Part shown: positions 50,301 through 58,227 of the stretch, one piece after another | Position numbering within the stretch: the first letter of the stretch is position 1 | How the letters are laid out: each line of letters begins with the position of its first letter | Source: Thermoanaerobaculia bacterium | GTDB lineage: Bacteria > Acidobacteriota > Thermoanaerobaculia > Gp7-AA8 | Assembly: GCA_044866315.1 (NCBI GenBank) | Contig: JBIOTX010000233.1 | Span: 3,444-67,443 of the forward strand | Length of the DNA stretch: 64,000 bases | Direction of reading: 5' to 3' | Notes under the pieces: generated by a model | Databases searched by the model: none | The model's input: the letters and a program-made list of their open reading frames with translations, nothing else | What the model was told of the DNA's origin: nothing | Program-made: the position numbers and the translations under genes

Positions 50301-52600
50301 ACGCCTGCATCCGGCTCCTGCTCGAGACCCGCGCGCTGGCCGAGAAAGAGCGCCTCGTCGTCGTCCAGGAGGCTCCTTGCGGCTCCGGCTTCGCGCGCAC
50401 GCTGTTCATCGAGAAGCCGAACGTCTCCGTCCGCATCGTCAACGTCCCGCGCCTCGACGCCGCGGCGCTGGAGAACGTCGTCGCCGAGGCCGAGGCCACG
50501 GGCGACTTCTGCGAGGCCATGTATGGAGAGGACGGGATTCGCCGCGAGCCGCGCATCGTGGCCGCTGATGTTCGGCGCACTGAGAGTGCGCCGCTCCACG
50601 CTGAGGATGTTCTGCTCGTGACCGGAGGAGGCAAGGGGATCGGCTTCGAGAGTGCGTTCCATCTGGCCAAGACCACCGGCGCCCGCCTCGTGCTCCTCGG
50701 CCGCTCGAAGGACGACGACGAGCTGCGCGCGAACTTCGCGCGCCTCGAGGCGGCCGGCCTGCCGTACGACTACATCGTCGCCGACGTCACCAAGCCGCTG
50801 CCGCGGTTCGAGAAGGTCACCGCGATCCTGCACGCCGCGGGCACGAACCAGCCGGCGTTGCTCGACGCGCTCGACGACAGTGCGTTCCGCGCCGCCACCG
50901 CGCCGAAGCTCGACGGCCTGCGCAACGTGCTGGACGCCGTCGATCCGAACAGGATCAAGCTCCTCATCACCCTCGGCTCGGTCATCGCCCGCACGGGCAT
51001 GCGCGGCGAGGCCCACTACGCGTTCGCCAACGAGTGGCTCGCGCGCAGAACCGAGGAATTCGGAGCGGCGTACCCGCAGTGCAGGGCCGTCTGCATCGAA
51101 TGGAGCGTGTGGTCCGGCATGGGCATGGGCGAGCGCCTCGGCACGATGGACATGCTGCGCCGCCAGGGCATCACGCCCGTCGCGCCGGACGAGGCGGTCG
51201 CGCTCACGTCGAGGCTCGCCGCCGCGCCGCCCGCCGCCCACGTCATGGCCTGCGGCCGCCTCGGCGATCCGCCGACCATCCGCTTCGCCGACGAGCCGCC
51301 TCCGCTCTATCGCTTCCTCGAGCAGCCGCGCGTCTCCATCCCCGGCGTGGAAGTCATCGCCGATGCCGAGGTGTCGCTGCGGAACGATCCGTACCTCGAG
51401 GACCACGCCTTCAGCGGCGAGCCGCTGCTGCCGGCGGTCATGGGCCTCGAGGCCATGGCCCAGCTCGCGCGCACGGTCTCGGACGAGCTGCCGGTGCGCA
51501 TCGACCGCGTCGAGCTGCTGCATCCGGTGACGCTGGCCACGGTCCGCGTCGCTGCGCTGCAGCGCGGCGGCGAAGTCGACGTCGCCATCCGCACATCGTC
51601 CACCCAGTTCCGGCTCGATCACTTTCGGGCCACGGTTACAGTCGGCGAGCGTCCGGCGCGGCCGCGCATCGCCATCGCTGAAGGCAGCGTCGACCTCGAG
51701 CCGGAGCGCGACCTTTACGGGCCGCTGCTCTTCCACACCGGCCGCTTCCGCGGCGTGCGCCGCTATCGCCGTCTCACCGCCACCGAGTGCGTGGCCGAGA
51801 TCGCGCCGCACCGGGAGTCGCTCTTCCATCGCTACCTCCCCTCCACGCTGCTCCTCGGCGACGCCACCATCCGCGACGCCGCGATCCACGCGCTGCAGGG
51901 CTGCGTGCCCCAGGCGACCGTGCTTCCGGCCGGCATCGACGCGGTCGAGCTCTTCGCGCCTGTCGATGGCGAGACCATCGTCGTCGCGCGCGAGATCTCG
52001 CGCAGTGCGGAGGGCTTCGTCTACGACGTCGACATCGCCGCGCCCGACGGGCAGCTCTTCGAGCGCTGGCATGGCCTCAGGCTCCAGATCGTCGCCTGCC
52101 GCGAGCGCGTCGACGACCTCGCTCCCGCGCTCTGGGCGCCGTTCCTCGAGCGCGAGGTGGGCGTCTCCGTCCGCGTCGCGGCGGCCGAGGAGACGGTGCT
52201 GCATCGCCATGACGGCAAGCCCCTCGCCGCGCACGGACACATCTCCCGCTCGCACGACACCGACGCCGGGGTCACCCTCGCCGTCGCGCACCACACGCCG
52301 GTCGGCGTCGACGTGCAGACCGTGGGCGACCATCCGTGGGACGACATCATCGGCTCGCACGACGGGCCGCTGACCGACGTCTGCATCCGCCTCTCCGGCG
52401 ACGAGCGCCCGCACGCCGCGGCGCGCGTCTGGTCGGCCCGGGAGTCGATGAAGAAGCTCTCCGGCGACGCACTCGTGCCTCTCGTTGTCGACGACGCCGG
52501 CACCCACGGGAGGGTCACCTTCCGCTCCGGCCCGCATCGCATCGACACGTATCTGATGCGCGACTGCGTCGTGGCCGTGGCCCGGGAGAGGAGCGCCTGA
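47312..52600 (+). CDS. PksE-type iterative type I polyketide synthase (KS-AT-ACP-KR-DH-PPTase)
   Basis: 1762 aa, with GGAGG upstream and an ATGA overlap with the CCO gene. Domain motifs:
- KS: DGACSSSL, EGHGTGT, NIGHTKAAAG.
- AT: FLFSGQGS, GHSLGE.
- ACP-like: LSDLHLSSITVARLL.
- KR: VTGGGKGIG.
- DH: LEDHAFSGEPLLP.
- PPTase-like C-terminus: HDGKP...GVDVQ.
The N-terminus (IAIVGAACRYPDASSPSELWENV) closely resembles enediyne PKS sequences as I recall them. Confidence 0.9.
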   Translation: MTTPIAIVGAACRYPDASSPSELWENVLAQRQSFRRMPSERLSLEDYYSPDPNAPGCTYSQNAALITNWTFDRSRYRVSRSTFDATDLAHWLALEVADAALQDAGFEPPADTTGVILGNTLTGDSSRAASLRLRWPYVRRAAINAGASDEVLAKLEEEFNAPFPEIGEDTLAGGLSNTIAGRICNFFGFHGGGYTVDGACSSSLISIIHACNSLASGDLDVALAGGVDLSLDPFELIGFAKATALAKERMFVYDRKANGFLPGEGCGFVVLMRQDDALEQGRRIYATLLGWGMSSDGHGGMTRPEASGQRLALQRAYQKAGIPIDSVTLFEGHGTGTPVGDPIEISTVRSLLQSANGHPHFIGSVKANIGHTKAAAGIAGLIKSMMAVHHGVIPPITACDEPRDVAPLQVAQTALPWPDDIPRRAAVSAMGFGGINTHVVLEGGGQAILPVPARRRYEAELFLFGSNNIEDLQTTLRAVAARAAELSLAELTDLSAALRARITGRAYRAAIVASTPQELAAAAANTAAFGVPRRPKIAFLFSGQGSIPNVTTDVAQPAIVKASVARLKDLHRLGIHAHCTIGHSLGELTALYWSGALDEQQLIDLATFRGEAMQQLAGDGGMAALSCDENEARTLLEDGVVVAALNGPRQTVIAGHGPAIDRIIDRAKARDIGATRVPVAAAFHSPMMVPAAAPLRDYVGRLGAKRVGRGVFSTVTGDWLHHDAPLPDLLATQLTLPVRFREAIEAIAHEADLLIEVGPGRVLTNLASFASVPVVSSDRVLDAVAAAWTAGADIDVDALFADRFYRPFDLDARPTFIESPTEKFRSAAAKPPLSNRPAPVTKPKPEAPSGTTLRELVAKHVDLSLDLVLPTSKLLSDLHLSSITVARLLADAARAMGVPPLADPTSFANATIEEATAALEALRGVEAPPPEPRLPEGVANWLRAFRIDEVPVRCSARLRRAPQSAWKILGDWPEASQRFETVPGRGIIAVLPKDDPDACIRLLLETRALAEKERLVVVQEAPCGSGFARTLFIEKPNVSVRIVNVPRLDAAALENVVAEAEATGDFCEAMYGEDGIRREPRIVAADVRRTESAPLHAEDVLLVTGGGKGIGFESAFHLAKTTGARLVLLGRSKDDDELRANFARLEAAGLPYDYIVADVTKPLPRFEKVTAILHAAGTNQPALLDALDDSAFRAATAPKLDGLRNVLDAVDPNRIKLLITLGSVIARTGMRGEAHYAFANEWLARRTEEFGAAYPQCRAVCIEWSVWSGMGMGERLGTMDMLRRQGITPVAPDEAVALTSRLAAAPPAAHVMACGRLGDPPTIRFADEPPPLYRFLEQPRVSIPGVEVIADAEVSLRNDPYLEDHAFSGEPLLPAVMGLEAMAQLARTVSDELPVRIDRVELLHPVTLATVRVAALQRGGEVDVAIRTSSTQFRLDHFRATVTVGERPARPRIAIAEGSVDLEPERDLYGPLLFHTGRFRGVRRYRRLTATECVAEIAPHRESLFHRYLPSTLLLGDATIRDAAIHALQGCVPQATVLPAGIDAVELFAPVDGETIVVAREISRSAEGFVYDVDIAAPDGQLFERWHGLRLQIVACRERVDDLAPALWAPFLEREVGVSVRVAAAEETVLHRHDGKPLAAHGHISRSHDTDAGVTLAVAHHTPVGVDVQTVGDHPWDDIIGSHDGPLTDVCIRLSGDERPHAAARVWSARESMKKLSGDALVPLVVDDAGTHGRVTFRSGPHRIDTYLMRDCVVAVARERSA
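49785..49810 (+). repeat. REP-like GC palindrome copy 2, embedded in frame in the PKS AT-ACP linker
   Basis: GGAGTGCGGCGGCAAAGCCGCCGCTT encodes ...FRSAAAKPPLS.... It matches the reverse complement of 9027-9052 at 25 of 26 positions. Confidence 0.75.
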
Positions 52601-53181
52601 TGTACCTCGGAGACGTCGAGCACCGGCACGCGCAGAGCCCGTGGGGCTTCGCCGCGGAGGCCATGACCGCGGCCGGGATTCCCGTGCCGCAGATCATGCA
52701 CCTCTTCAACTTCAAGCCCGACCGCACGAAGTTTCTGGCCATGTTCACTCAGGAGGTCATGCGCGGTCCGTCGCCGCTCACGCCCGGGCAGCGCGAGCTC
52801 ATCGCCGCATTCACGTCGCGGATGAGGGACTGCGTGTTCTGAACCGGCGCGCACGCCGCGGTCGCGGCGAAGCTGCTGGAGGATGAGGAGATGGTGAAGT
52901 CGGTCCTGGATGACTATCGAAGCGCGCCGATCGACGCGAAGTTCGCGGCCCTGCTCGTGCTGATCGAGAAGGCCGCGCGCAAGGCGGCCAGCGTGACCCG
53001 TGAAGACGTCGACGCCGTGCGCGCCGCCGGCTGGACGGACGAGTCCATCTACGACGCCATCACCGTCTGCGCGCTCTTCAATTTCTACACGACCTGGGTC
53101 GACGCTTCGGGCGTCGCCGGCATGGACGACTACTCGGCATCCGGACACCGGATGGCCACGGAGGGGTATCTGCGCTCATGA
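52600..53181 (+). CDS. AhpD/CMD-family peroxidase-related protein, candidate selenoprotein (in-frame UGA at 52840-52842)
   Basis: Track ORFs 52336..52842 and 52891..53181 are in the same frame, and the only stop between them is that TGA. The joined sequence reads ...GPSPLTPGQRELIAAFTSRMRDCVF[TGA]TGAHAAVAAKLL...WTDESIYDAITVCALFNFYT.... This places the TGA at the second Cys of the family's CxxCxxxH motif. The start ATG at 52600 overlaps the PKS stop as TGATG. Confidence 0.7.
52854..52869 (+). promoter_or_regulatory. candidate bacterial SECIS hairpin
   Basis: CGCCGCG-GT-CGCGGCG can also be drawn as a 5-bp stem with a CGGTCG loop. It begins 11 nt after the UGA and has G/U in the apical loop. This position and shape are typical of bacterial SECIS elements. 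Confidence 0.55.
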
Positions 53182-53597
53182 GGTACTACGAGTACATGCA
53201 CACCGTCGGCTTCCAGGAGACGAACCTCATCGGGAACGTCTACTACGTCCACTATCTCTCCTGGCAGGGCCGCTGCCGGGAGATGTTCCTCCACGACCAC
53301 GCGCCGGGCGTGCTCGACGACATCGCGAGCGGCCTCAAGCTGGCCACCGTGCGCGTGAACTGCGAGTATGAGGAGGAGCTCCTGGCCTTCGACCGCGTGG
53401 CCGTGCGCATGACCCTCGGCACGCTCAAGCCGAGCGGGATGACCCTGCGCTTCACCTACGTCAAGGTGGGCGAAGACCGCGAGACCATCGCCGCCCGCGG
53501 GGAGATGGAGATCGCCTGCCTGCGCGGCACGGCGATGGTGCCCGTGCCGGACGAGCTGCGCGAGGCGCTACGGCCCTACCGGGAACAGGCGGCGTGA
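53178..53597 (+). CDS. hot-dog fold (4HBT-type) thioesterase, PksE-partner type
   Basis: 139 aa, with an ATGA overlap with the upstream gene. YYEYMHTVGFQETNLIGNVYYVHYLSWQGRCREMFL is as I recall the N-terminus of the SgcE10/CalE7/DynE7 class. Confidence 0.85.
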   Translation: MRYYEYMHTVGFQETNLIGNVYYVHYLSWQGRCREMFLHDHAPGVLDDIASGLKLATVRVNCEYEEELLAFDRVAVRMTLGTLKPSGMTLRFTYVKVGEDRETIAARGEMEIACLRGTAMVPVPDELREALRPYREQAA

Positions 53598-53598
53598 C

Positions 53599-54873
53599 AT
53601 GAGCGCGCTCGCCATCACCCTCCTGCAGATCATCGTCATCGTGATCTGCGGGCGCGCGCTCGGCGCGCTGATGAAACGCCTCGGCCAACCCGCGGTGGTC
53701 GGCGAGATCGCCGCAGGGATCCTCCTCGGTCCGTCAGCGTTCGGCGCGTTCGCGCCAGGCACGTTCGCGCGGGTGTTTCCGGCGGCGAGCCTGCCGACGC
53801 TCCAGTCGCTCAGCCAGATCGGCCTGATCCTGTTCATGTTCCTGGTGGGCCTCCAGTTCGCGCCGGAGCTGTTCCGCGAGCGCAAGCACACGGTGGTCGT
53901 GATCAGTCACAGCAGCATCATCGTGCCGTTCCTGCTCGGCACGGCGCTGGCGCTCTGGCTCTACCCGCGCGTGTCCGATCCCGGCACGAGCTTCCGCAGC
54001 TTCTCCCTCTTCCTCGGCACGGCCATGAGCATCACCGCCTTCCCGGTGCTGGCCCGCATCCTCGAGGACAAGAACTTACTGACGACGAAAATGGGCAACA
54101 ACGTCATCGCCTGCGCGGCGGTGGACGACGTCACGGCGTGGTGCATCCTCGCCTTCGTCGTTGCGCTCGTGCGCGCGGAAAGCACGACCCATCTCGTGGT
54201 CCGGCTGGCCCTGGTCGCGCTGTACGTCCTGGCGATGATCTTCCTCGTTCGCCCGCTGCTGAAGAAGCTCCCACGGGTGAACGAGACCGTCTTCGCCGGA
54301 ATCCTGCTCTTCGTCTTCGCCTCGGCCTGGACGACCGAGCTCCTCCACATCCACGCCCTCTTCGGCGCCTTCCTGGCCGGGGCGATCATGCCCAAGGAGG
54401 CCCAGCTCAGCGAGACCTTGGTCGGTCAGCTGCGCGGCCTGACCACGGTGGTCTTCCTGCCGCTGTTCTTCGCCGTCGCCGGCCTCAACATGAACATCGG
54501 CCTGCTCCGGACGCCGGAGCTCTGGCTCGCCTGCGGGCTCGTGCTCCTGGTGGCCATTGCCGGCAAGTTCGGCGGGGCGACGCTCAGCGCGGCCGCGGTG
54601 GGGATGCCCTGGCGCGACGCCACGGCCATCGGCGTGCTGATGAACACGCGCGGCCTCATGGAGCTGGTCGTCCTGAACATCGGCCTGGAGATCGGCGTGA
54701 TCTCCCGGCCGCTCTACACGATGTGCGTGATCATGGCCCTGGTGACGACGGCGATGACGACGCCGCTGCTCGAATGTCTTCGAGCATCATCTCTACTCGA
54801 TCGCGATGCGTCCGATGCGACACGATCGCCACGCGAATCACGAAGCGCCCGTCCGGCAGCGTCGCCGGGGTGA
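53599..54873 (+). CDS. CPA2-family cation/H+ antiporter
   Basis: It starts 1 nt after the TE stop. The N-terminus LLQIIVIVICGRALGALMKRLGQPAVVGEIAAGILLGPS and about 12 hydrophobic segments are typical of Kef/NapA-type exchangers. Confidence 0.85.
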   Translation: MSALAITLLQIIVIVICGRALGALMKRLGQPAVVGEIAAGILLGPSAFGAFAPGTFARVFPAASLPTLQSLSQIGLILFMFLVGLQFAPELFRERKHTVVVISHSSIIVPFLLGTALALWLYPRVSDPGTSFRSFSLFLGTAMSITAFPVLARILEDKNLLTTKMGNNVIACAAVDDVTAWCILAFVVALVRAESTTHLVVRLALVALYVLAMIFLVRPLLKKLPRVNETVFAGILLFVFASAWTTELLHIHALFGAFLAGAIMPKEAQLSETLVGQLRGLTTVVFLPLFFAVAGLNMNIGLLRTPELWLACGLVLLVAIAGKFGGATLSAAAVGMPWRDATAIGVLMNTRGLMELVVLNIGLEIGVISRPLYTMCVIMALVTTAMTTPLLECLRASSLLDRDASDATRSPRESRSARPAASPG

Positions 54874-56107
54874 GCATCACCCGCTTGCGGGCGTTGATCC
54901 CGCGCAGCAGCTCGCGTGTCGCCGCGTCATCGTCCCGGAAGCGGAAGGCAAGGATGGTCAGCTGCGGCTCGGCCACGATCTCCATGCCGTCCATCTTGCG
55001 CAGCTCGTCGGCGGTGTAGCGGATCAGGTCCAGCTTCTCGTCGAGCTGCTCGCGGAACGGCTCGATGCCGAACATCTTCAGCGGCAGCCAGACCCTCAGG
55101 CCGCGGAAGTCGCGGGAGAGCTCGGGCGAGATCTCGCAGAAGTCGACCAGCTCGTCCGCCTCCTGCATCGCCGGCAGGTAGTCCGCGTGCAGGGAGTGCG
55201 CGAGGCGCAATGCGCGCGTGTCGCGCACGAGCACCGCGCCGGTGCCGAACGGCAGGAAGAGGGTCTTGTGCGGGTCGAGGATGATCGAGTCCGCCTGCTC
55301 GATGCCGCGCAGGACGGACCGTCCTCGCTCGGTGAGCATGAACAGCGCGCCGTACGCACCGTCGATGTGAAACCACATGTCGTTCGCGTACGCGACGCGC
55401 GTGAGGGCCTCGAGGTCGTCGACCGCGCCGGTCGCGGTCGTCCCCGCGCTGCCGGCGACCAGGAACGGCGTCCAGCCGTCCGCGTGGTCGCGGCGGACGG
55501 CCTCTTCGAGCGCGTCGATCCGGATGCGGAACTGCTCGTCCACCGGCAGCTCGCGGACATTCGCGTAAGGGAAGCCGGCCAGATTCGCCGCCTTCTGAAA
55601 CGAGTGGTGGATCTGGTTCGAGCAGTAGAGCGTGCCGCGCAAAAAGTCGTCCGGCAGCAGGGCGCGCCGGGCGGTGACGATGGCAGTGAAGTTCGCCAGC
55701 GATCCGCCGCTGGTGAGGACACCGCCGGACCCGTGCGGAAGGCCGACGATCTCGCAGAACCAGCGGACGACGTTCGCCTCGAGCTGCACGAGCGCCGGCG
55801 CCGCGGCGCAGACGCCCACGTAGCGGTTCACCGCGTCGGCGATGAGATCGGCCACCGCGGAGTGGAAGATGCCGCCACCCGGCACGTAGGCGAGGTAGCC
55901 CGGACCGGCCGCGGTGAACGAGCGCGGAATGGCCTCGTCGAACAGAAAGTCGAGCAGCTTCTCGTACGACTCGCCGCGCTGCGGCAGCGGCTCGATGAGC
56001 GTGCGCGCATATTCGGTCGCCCCCTCGACGTTCATCGCCGGCTGCCGCGGCAGCGACTCGATGTGCGCGACGATGCGCCGCATCGCCTCGTCGACGAGGC
56101 GGCGCAT
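54731..56107 (-). CDS. PLP-dependent group II amino-acid decarboxylase
   Basis: Only the last 458 codons of track ORF 54731..57268 look real, starting at MRRLVDEAM. Motifs are SGGSLANF, HIDGAYG and the PLP-lysine motif ILDPHKTLFLPFGTG. The upstream part of that ORF overlaps the M13 gene in another frame. Confidence 0.85.
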   Translation of the reverse strand: MRRLVDEAMRRIVAHIESLPRQPAMNVEGATEYARTLIEPLPQRGESYEKLLDFLFDEAIPRSFTAAGPGYLAYVPGGGIFHSAVADLIADAVNRYVGVCAAAPALVQLEANVVRWFCEIVGLPHGSGGVLTSGGSLANFTAIVTARRALLPDDFLRGTLYCSNQIHHSFQKAANLAGFPYANVRELPVDEQFRIRIDALEEAVRRDHADGWTPFLVAGSAGTTATGAVDDLEALTRVAYANDMWFHIDGAYGALFMLTERGRSVLRGIEQADSIILDPHKTLFLPFGTGAVLVRDTRALRLAHSLHADYLPAMQEADELVDFCEISPELSRDFRGLRVWLPLKMFGIEPFREQLDEKLDLIRYTADELRKMDGMEIVAEPQLTILAFRFRDDDAATRELLRGINARKRVMLTPATLPDGRFVIRVAIVSHRTHRDRVEMMLEDIRAAASSSPSSPGP

Positions 56108-56139
56108 TTCGTCCGCGTCGGGCTCGAGCGGGTGGCGCG

Positions 56140-58203
56140 CTACCAGATCTTGCAGCGCTCCCCCTCCGGCCTCGTCATCTTCGTTCCCGGCGGGCAGTTC
56201 CAGGCGTCCTGGAACTCGGGCATGTTCTGCACCGTCAGGTTCACGCGCGCCGGTCCCGGCGCGTGCGGGTCGGTCAGCGCTCGCCGCCGCCCTTCCTCGG
56301 CGGCCATGTTCTGGGCCCACACCTGGGCGAAGCCGAGGAAGAAGCGCTGCTCGGGCGTGAAGCCGTCGACGATGCGGCGCTCCTTCCCTTCGAGCGACTT
56401 GCGGTAGGCGCGCAACGCGAGCGTGGCCCCGCCGAGGTCGGCGATGGCCTCGCCGGTGACGAGCTTGCCCTGGAGGTTGATCCCCTCCTCCACGTTCCAC
56501 TCGCCGTACTGCTTCGCAATGCACTCCGCGCTGGCCTGGAAGCGCCGCAGGTCCTCGTCCGTCCACCAGTTCCGCAGGTTCCCCTCGGCGTCGAACTTCG
56601 CGCCCTGGTCGTCGAAGCCGTGAGTCATTTCGTGGCCGATGACCGTGCCGATGCCGCCGTAGTTGTAGGCGTCGTCGGCGTAGGGGTCGTAGAACGGCGG
56701 CTGGAGGATGCCCGCGGGGAAGGTGATGTCGTTGCGCGTCGGGCTGTAGCCGGCGTTGACGGTGGGCGGGGTGAAGAAGCCCCACTCGTTCGGGTCGTCC
56801 GGCTTGCCGACGCGACTCACCGCCCGGCGTACGCGGAACTGCGTCGCGGCGAGGACGTTCTGCGCCAGCGAGTCGCGGCCGATGTCGAGCGTGGTGTAGT
56901 CGATCCACTTGTCGGGGTAGCCGATGCGGCGGCGGAAAGCCTCGAGCTTCTGCAGCGCGGCGGTCTTGGTCTCCGAGCCCATCCAGGTCAGGCTGGGGAT
57001 GTCCTCGCGCAGCGCGGCGATGAGGTTGTCGATCAGCTCGTTCATCTTGGCCTTCGCCTCGGGGGTGAAAGCCTGCTTCACGTACTCCTGCCCGAGGAGC
57101 TCGCCGACGTTCTGGTCGGCGGCGCGGACGCAGCGCTGCCAGCGCGGCTGGATCTCCTTCTGCCCCGACAGGGCCTTGCCGCGGAACTCGAAGTCGGCGT
57201 TCACGAAGGGCGAAGAGAGGTACGGCGCCGCGGCGTCGAGGAGGTCCCAGCGGAGATACGCCTTCCACGACTCCAGCGGCATTTCAGTAAGGAGGCGATT
57301 GGCGTCGCGGATGAACTCCGGCTGGGCGACGTTGAGCGTGCGCAGGTCGCCGAGGCCGAGGGAGGTGAAGAAGCGCGTCCAGTCGAGGGCGGGGGCGATC
57401 GACTGCAGCTCGGAGACGGCGGTGACGTGGTAGACATTCTCCGGATTGCGCTGGTCGACGCGGGCCATCGACGCGCGGGCGAGCTGAGTCTCCAGCGTCA
57501 GCACCCGCTCCGCGTCCGCGGCCGCCTTCGCCGGATCGGCACCGGCGAGCGTGAACAGCCGGGCGATGTGCTCGACGTACTGTTTGCGCGTGGTCTTGAA
57601 GCGCTCGTCGTCGCGGAGATAGTAGTCGCGGTCGGGCAGGCCGAGACCGGCCTGGGAGACGGCGGCGATGATCATCCGGCTGTTCTTGAAGTCGTTCTGG
57701 GCCGAGAAGCGGAAGACCGGTGCGATCCCGCGCTGCTGCATGCGATGGATCTCGTCGACGACTTGCTGCCGGGTCGTGATCGCGGCGATCCGGTCGAGGT
57801 CGGCCTGGATCGGCGAGACTCCCGCGGCCTCGATGGCCCTCTCGTTCGTGCAGGAGGACCAGAAGTCGCCGATCTTCTGCGTCGCGCTGCCGCGCTCCGC
57901 GGCCTTGTCGCCGGCTGCGCCCTCGAGGATCTTCCGCAGCCGGTCGCGATTCCGATCCGCGACTTCCTCGAACCGCCCGTAGCGCGCATAGATCGGCGGA
58001 AGCGGGTGAGCCTTCTGCCAGCCGCCGTTGGCGTACTGGTAGAAGTTGTCGCAGGCCCCGACCGACCGGTCGATGGCCGCGAGGTCGAACCCGTGCGGCG
58101 CGATGAACGCGGGCGGCGGGGGCGGAGGGGGCGGGGCGGGGGCGGGGCGGGTGGCGCAGGCAGCGGCGACCAATAAAGAGAGGAGGAGGGACAGCTTCTT
58201 CAT
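56140..58203 (-). CDS. M13-family (neprilysin-like) zinc metallopeptidase, lipoprotein
   Basis: It has a lipobox (LLVAAAC), NAGYSP, HEMTHGFD and GEAIADLGG. Confidence 0.9.
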   Translation of the reverse strand: MKKLSLLLSLLVAAACATRPAPAPPPPPPPPAFIAPHGFDLAAIDRSVGACDNFYQYANGGWQKAHPLPPIYARYGRFEEVADRNRDRLRKILEGAAGDKAAERGSATQKIGDFWSSCTNERAIEAAGVSPIQADLDRIAAITTRQQVVDEIHRMQQRGIAPVFRFSAQNDFKNSRMIIAAVSQAGLGLPDRDYYLRDDERFKTTRKQYVEHIARLFTLAGADPAKAAADAERVLTLETQLARASMARVDQRNPENVYHVTAVSELQSIAPALDWTRFFTSLGLGDLRTLNVAQPEFIRDANRLLTEMPLESWKAYLRWDLLDAAAPYLSSPFVNADFEFRGKALSGQKEIQPRWQRCVRAADQNVGELLGQEYVKQAFTPEAKAKMNELIDNLIAALREDIPSLTWMGSETKTAALQKLEAFRRRIGYPDKWIDYTTLDIGRDSLAQNVLAATQFRVRRAVSRVGKPDDPNEWGFFTPPTVNAGYSPTRNDITFPAGILQPPFYDPYADDAYNYGGIGTVIGHEMTHGFDDQGAKFDAEGNLRNWWTDEDLRRFQASAECIAKQYGEWNVEEGINLQGKLVTGEAIADLGGATLALRAYRKSLEGKERRIVDGFTPEQRFFLGFAQVWAQNMAAEEGRRRALTDPHAPGPARVNLTVQNMPEFQDAWNCPPGTKMTRPEGERCKIW

Positions 58204-58227
58204 GGCGGGCGAATGCTACTGCAACGC

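Noticed and set aside
47306-52537. 1743-aa minus-strand ORF covering the PKS gene.
   Set aside because: Same reasoning as above. The plus-strand frame carries complete KS, AT, KR and DH motifs, and the minus-strand product is featureless and rich in R, G, D and A.
52336-52599. Track start at 52336 for the first AhpD-like ORF.
   Set aside because: That part lies inside the PKS gene in another frame. The ATG at 52600, which overlaps the PKS stop, fits the coupling pattern of the operon.
52840-52842. Reading the in-frame TGA as a simple nonsense mutation, giving a pseudogene or two separate genes.
   Set aside because: This is not excluded. I consider it less likely for three reasons: the TGA sits exactly at the redox-Cys column, the downstream frame stays open and conserved-looking, and a SECIS-like hairpin lies at the expected distance. 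It remains the main alternative.
44044-54873. Calling the cluster a canonical enediyne biosynthetic gene cluster.
   Set aside because: Only the PKS and TE are present in the window. No E3/E4/E5-like ORFs, self-resistance gene or tailoring genes typical of enediynes are visible. I report it as an orphan PksE operon instead.
56108-57268. N-terminal 387 codons of track ORF 54731..57268.
   Set aside because: This part overlaps the M13 peptidase gene (HEMTHGFD frame) and is rich in P, R and G. Only the last 458 codons show decarboxylase motifs, so I started the gene at 56107.
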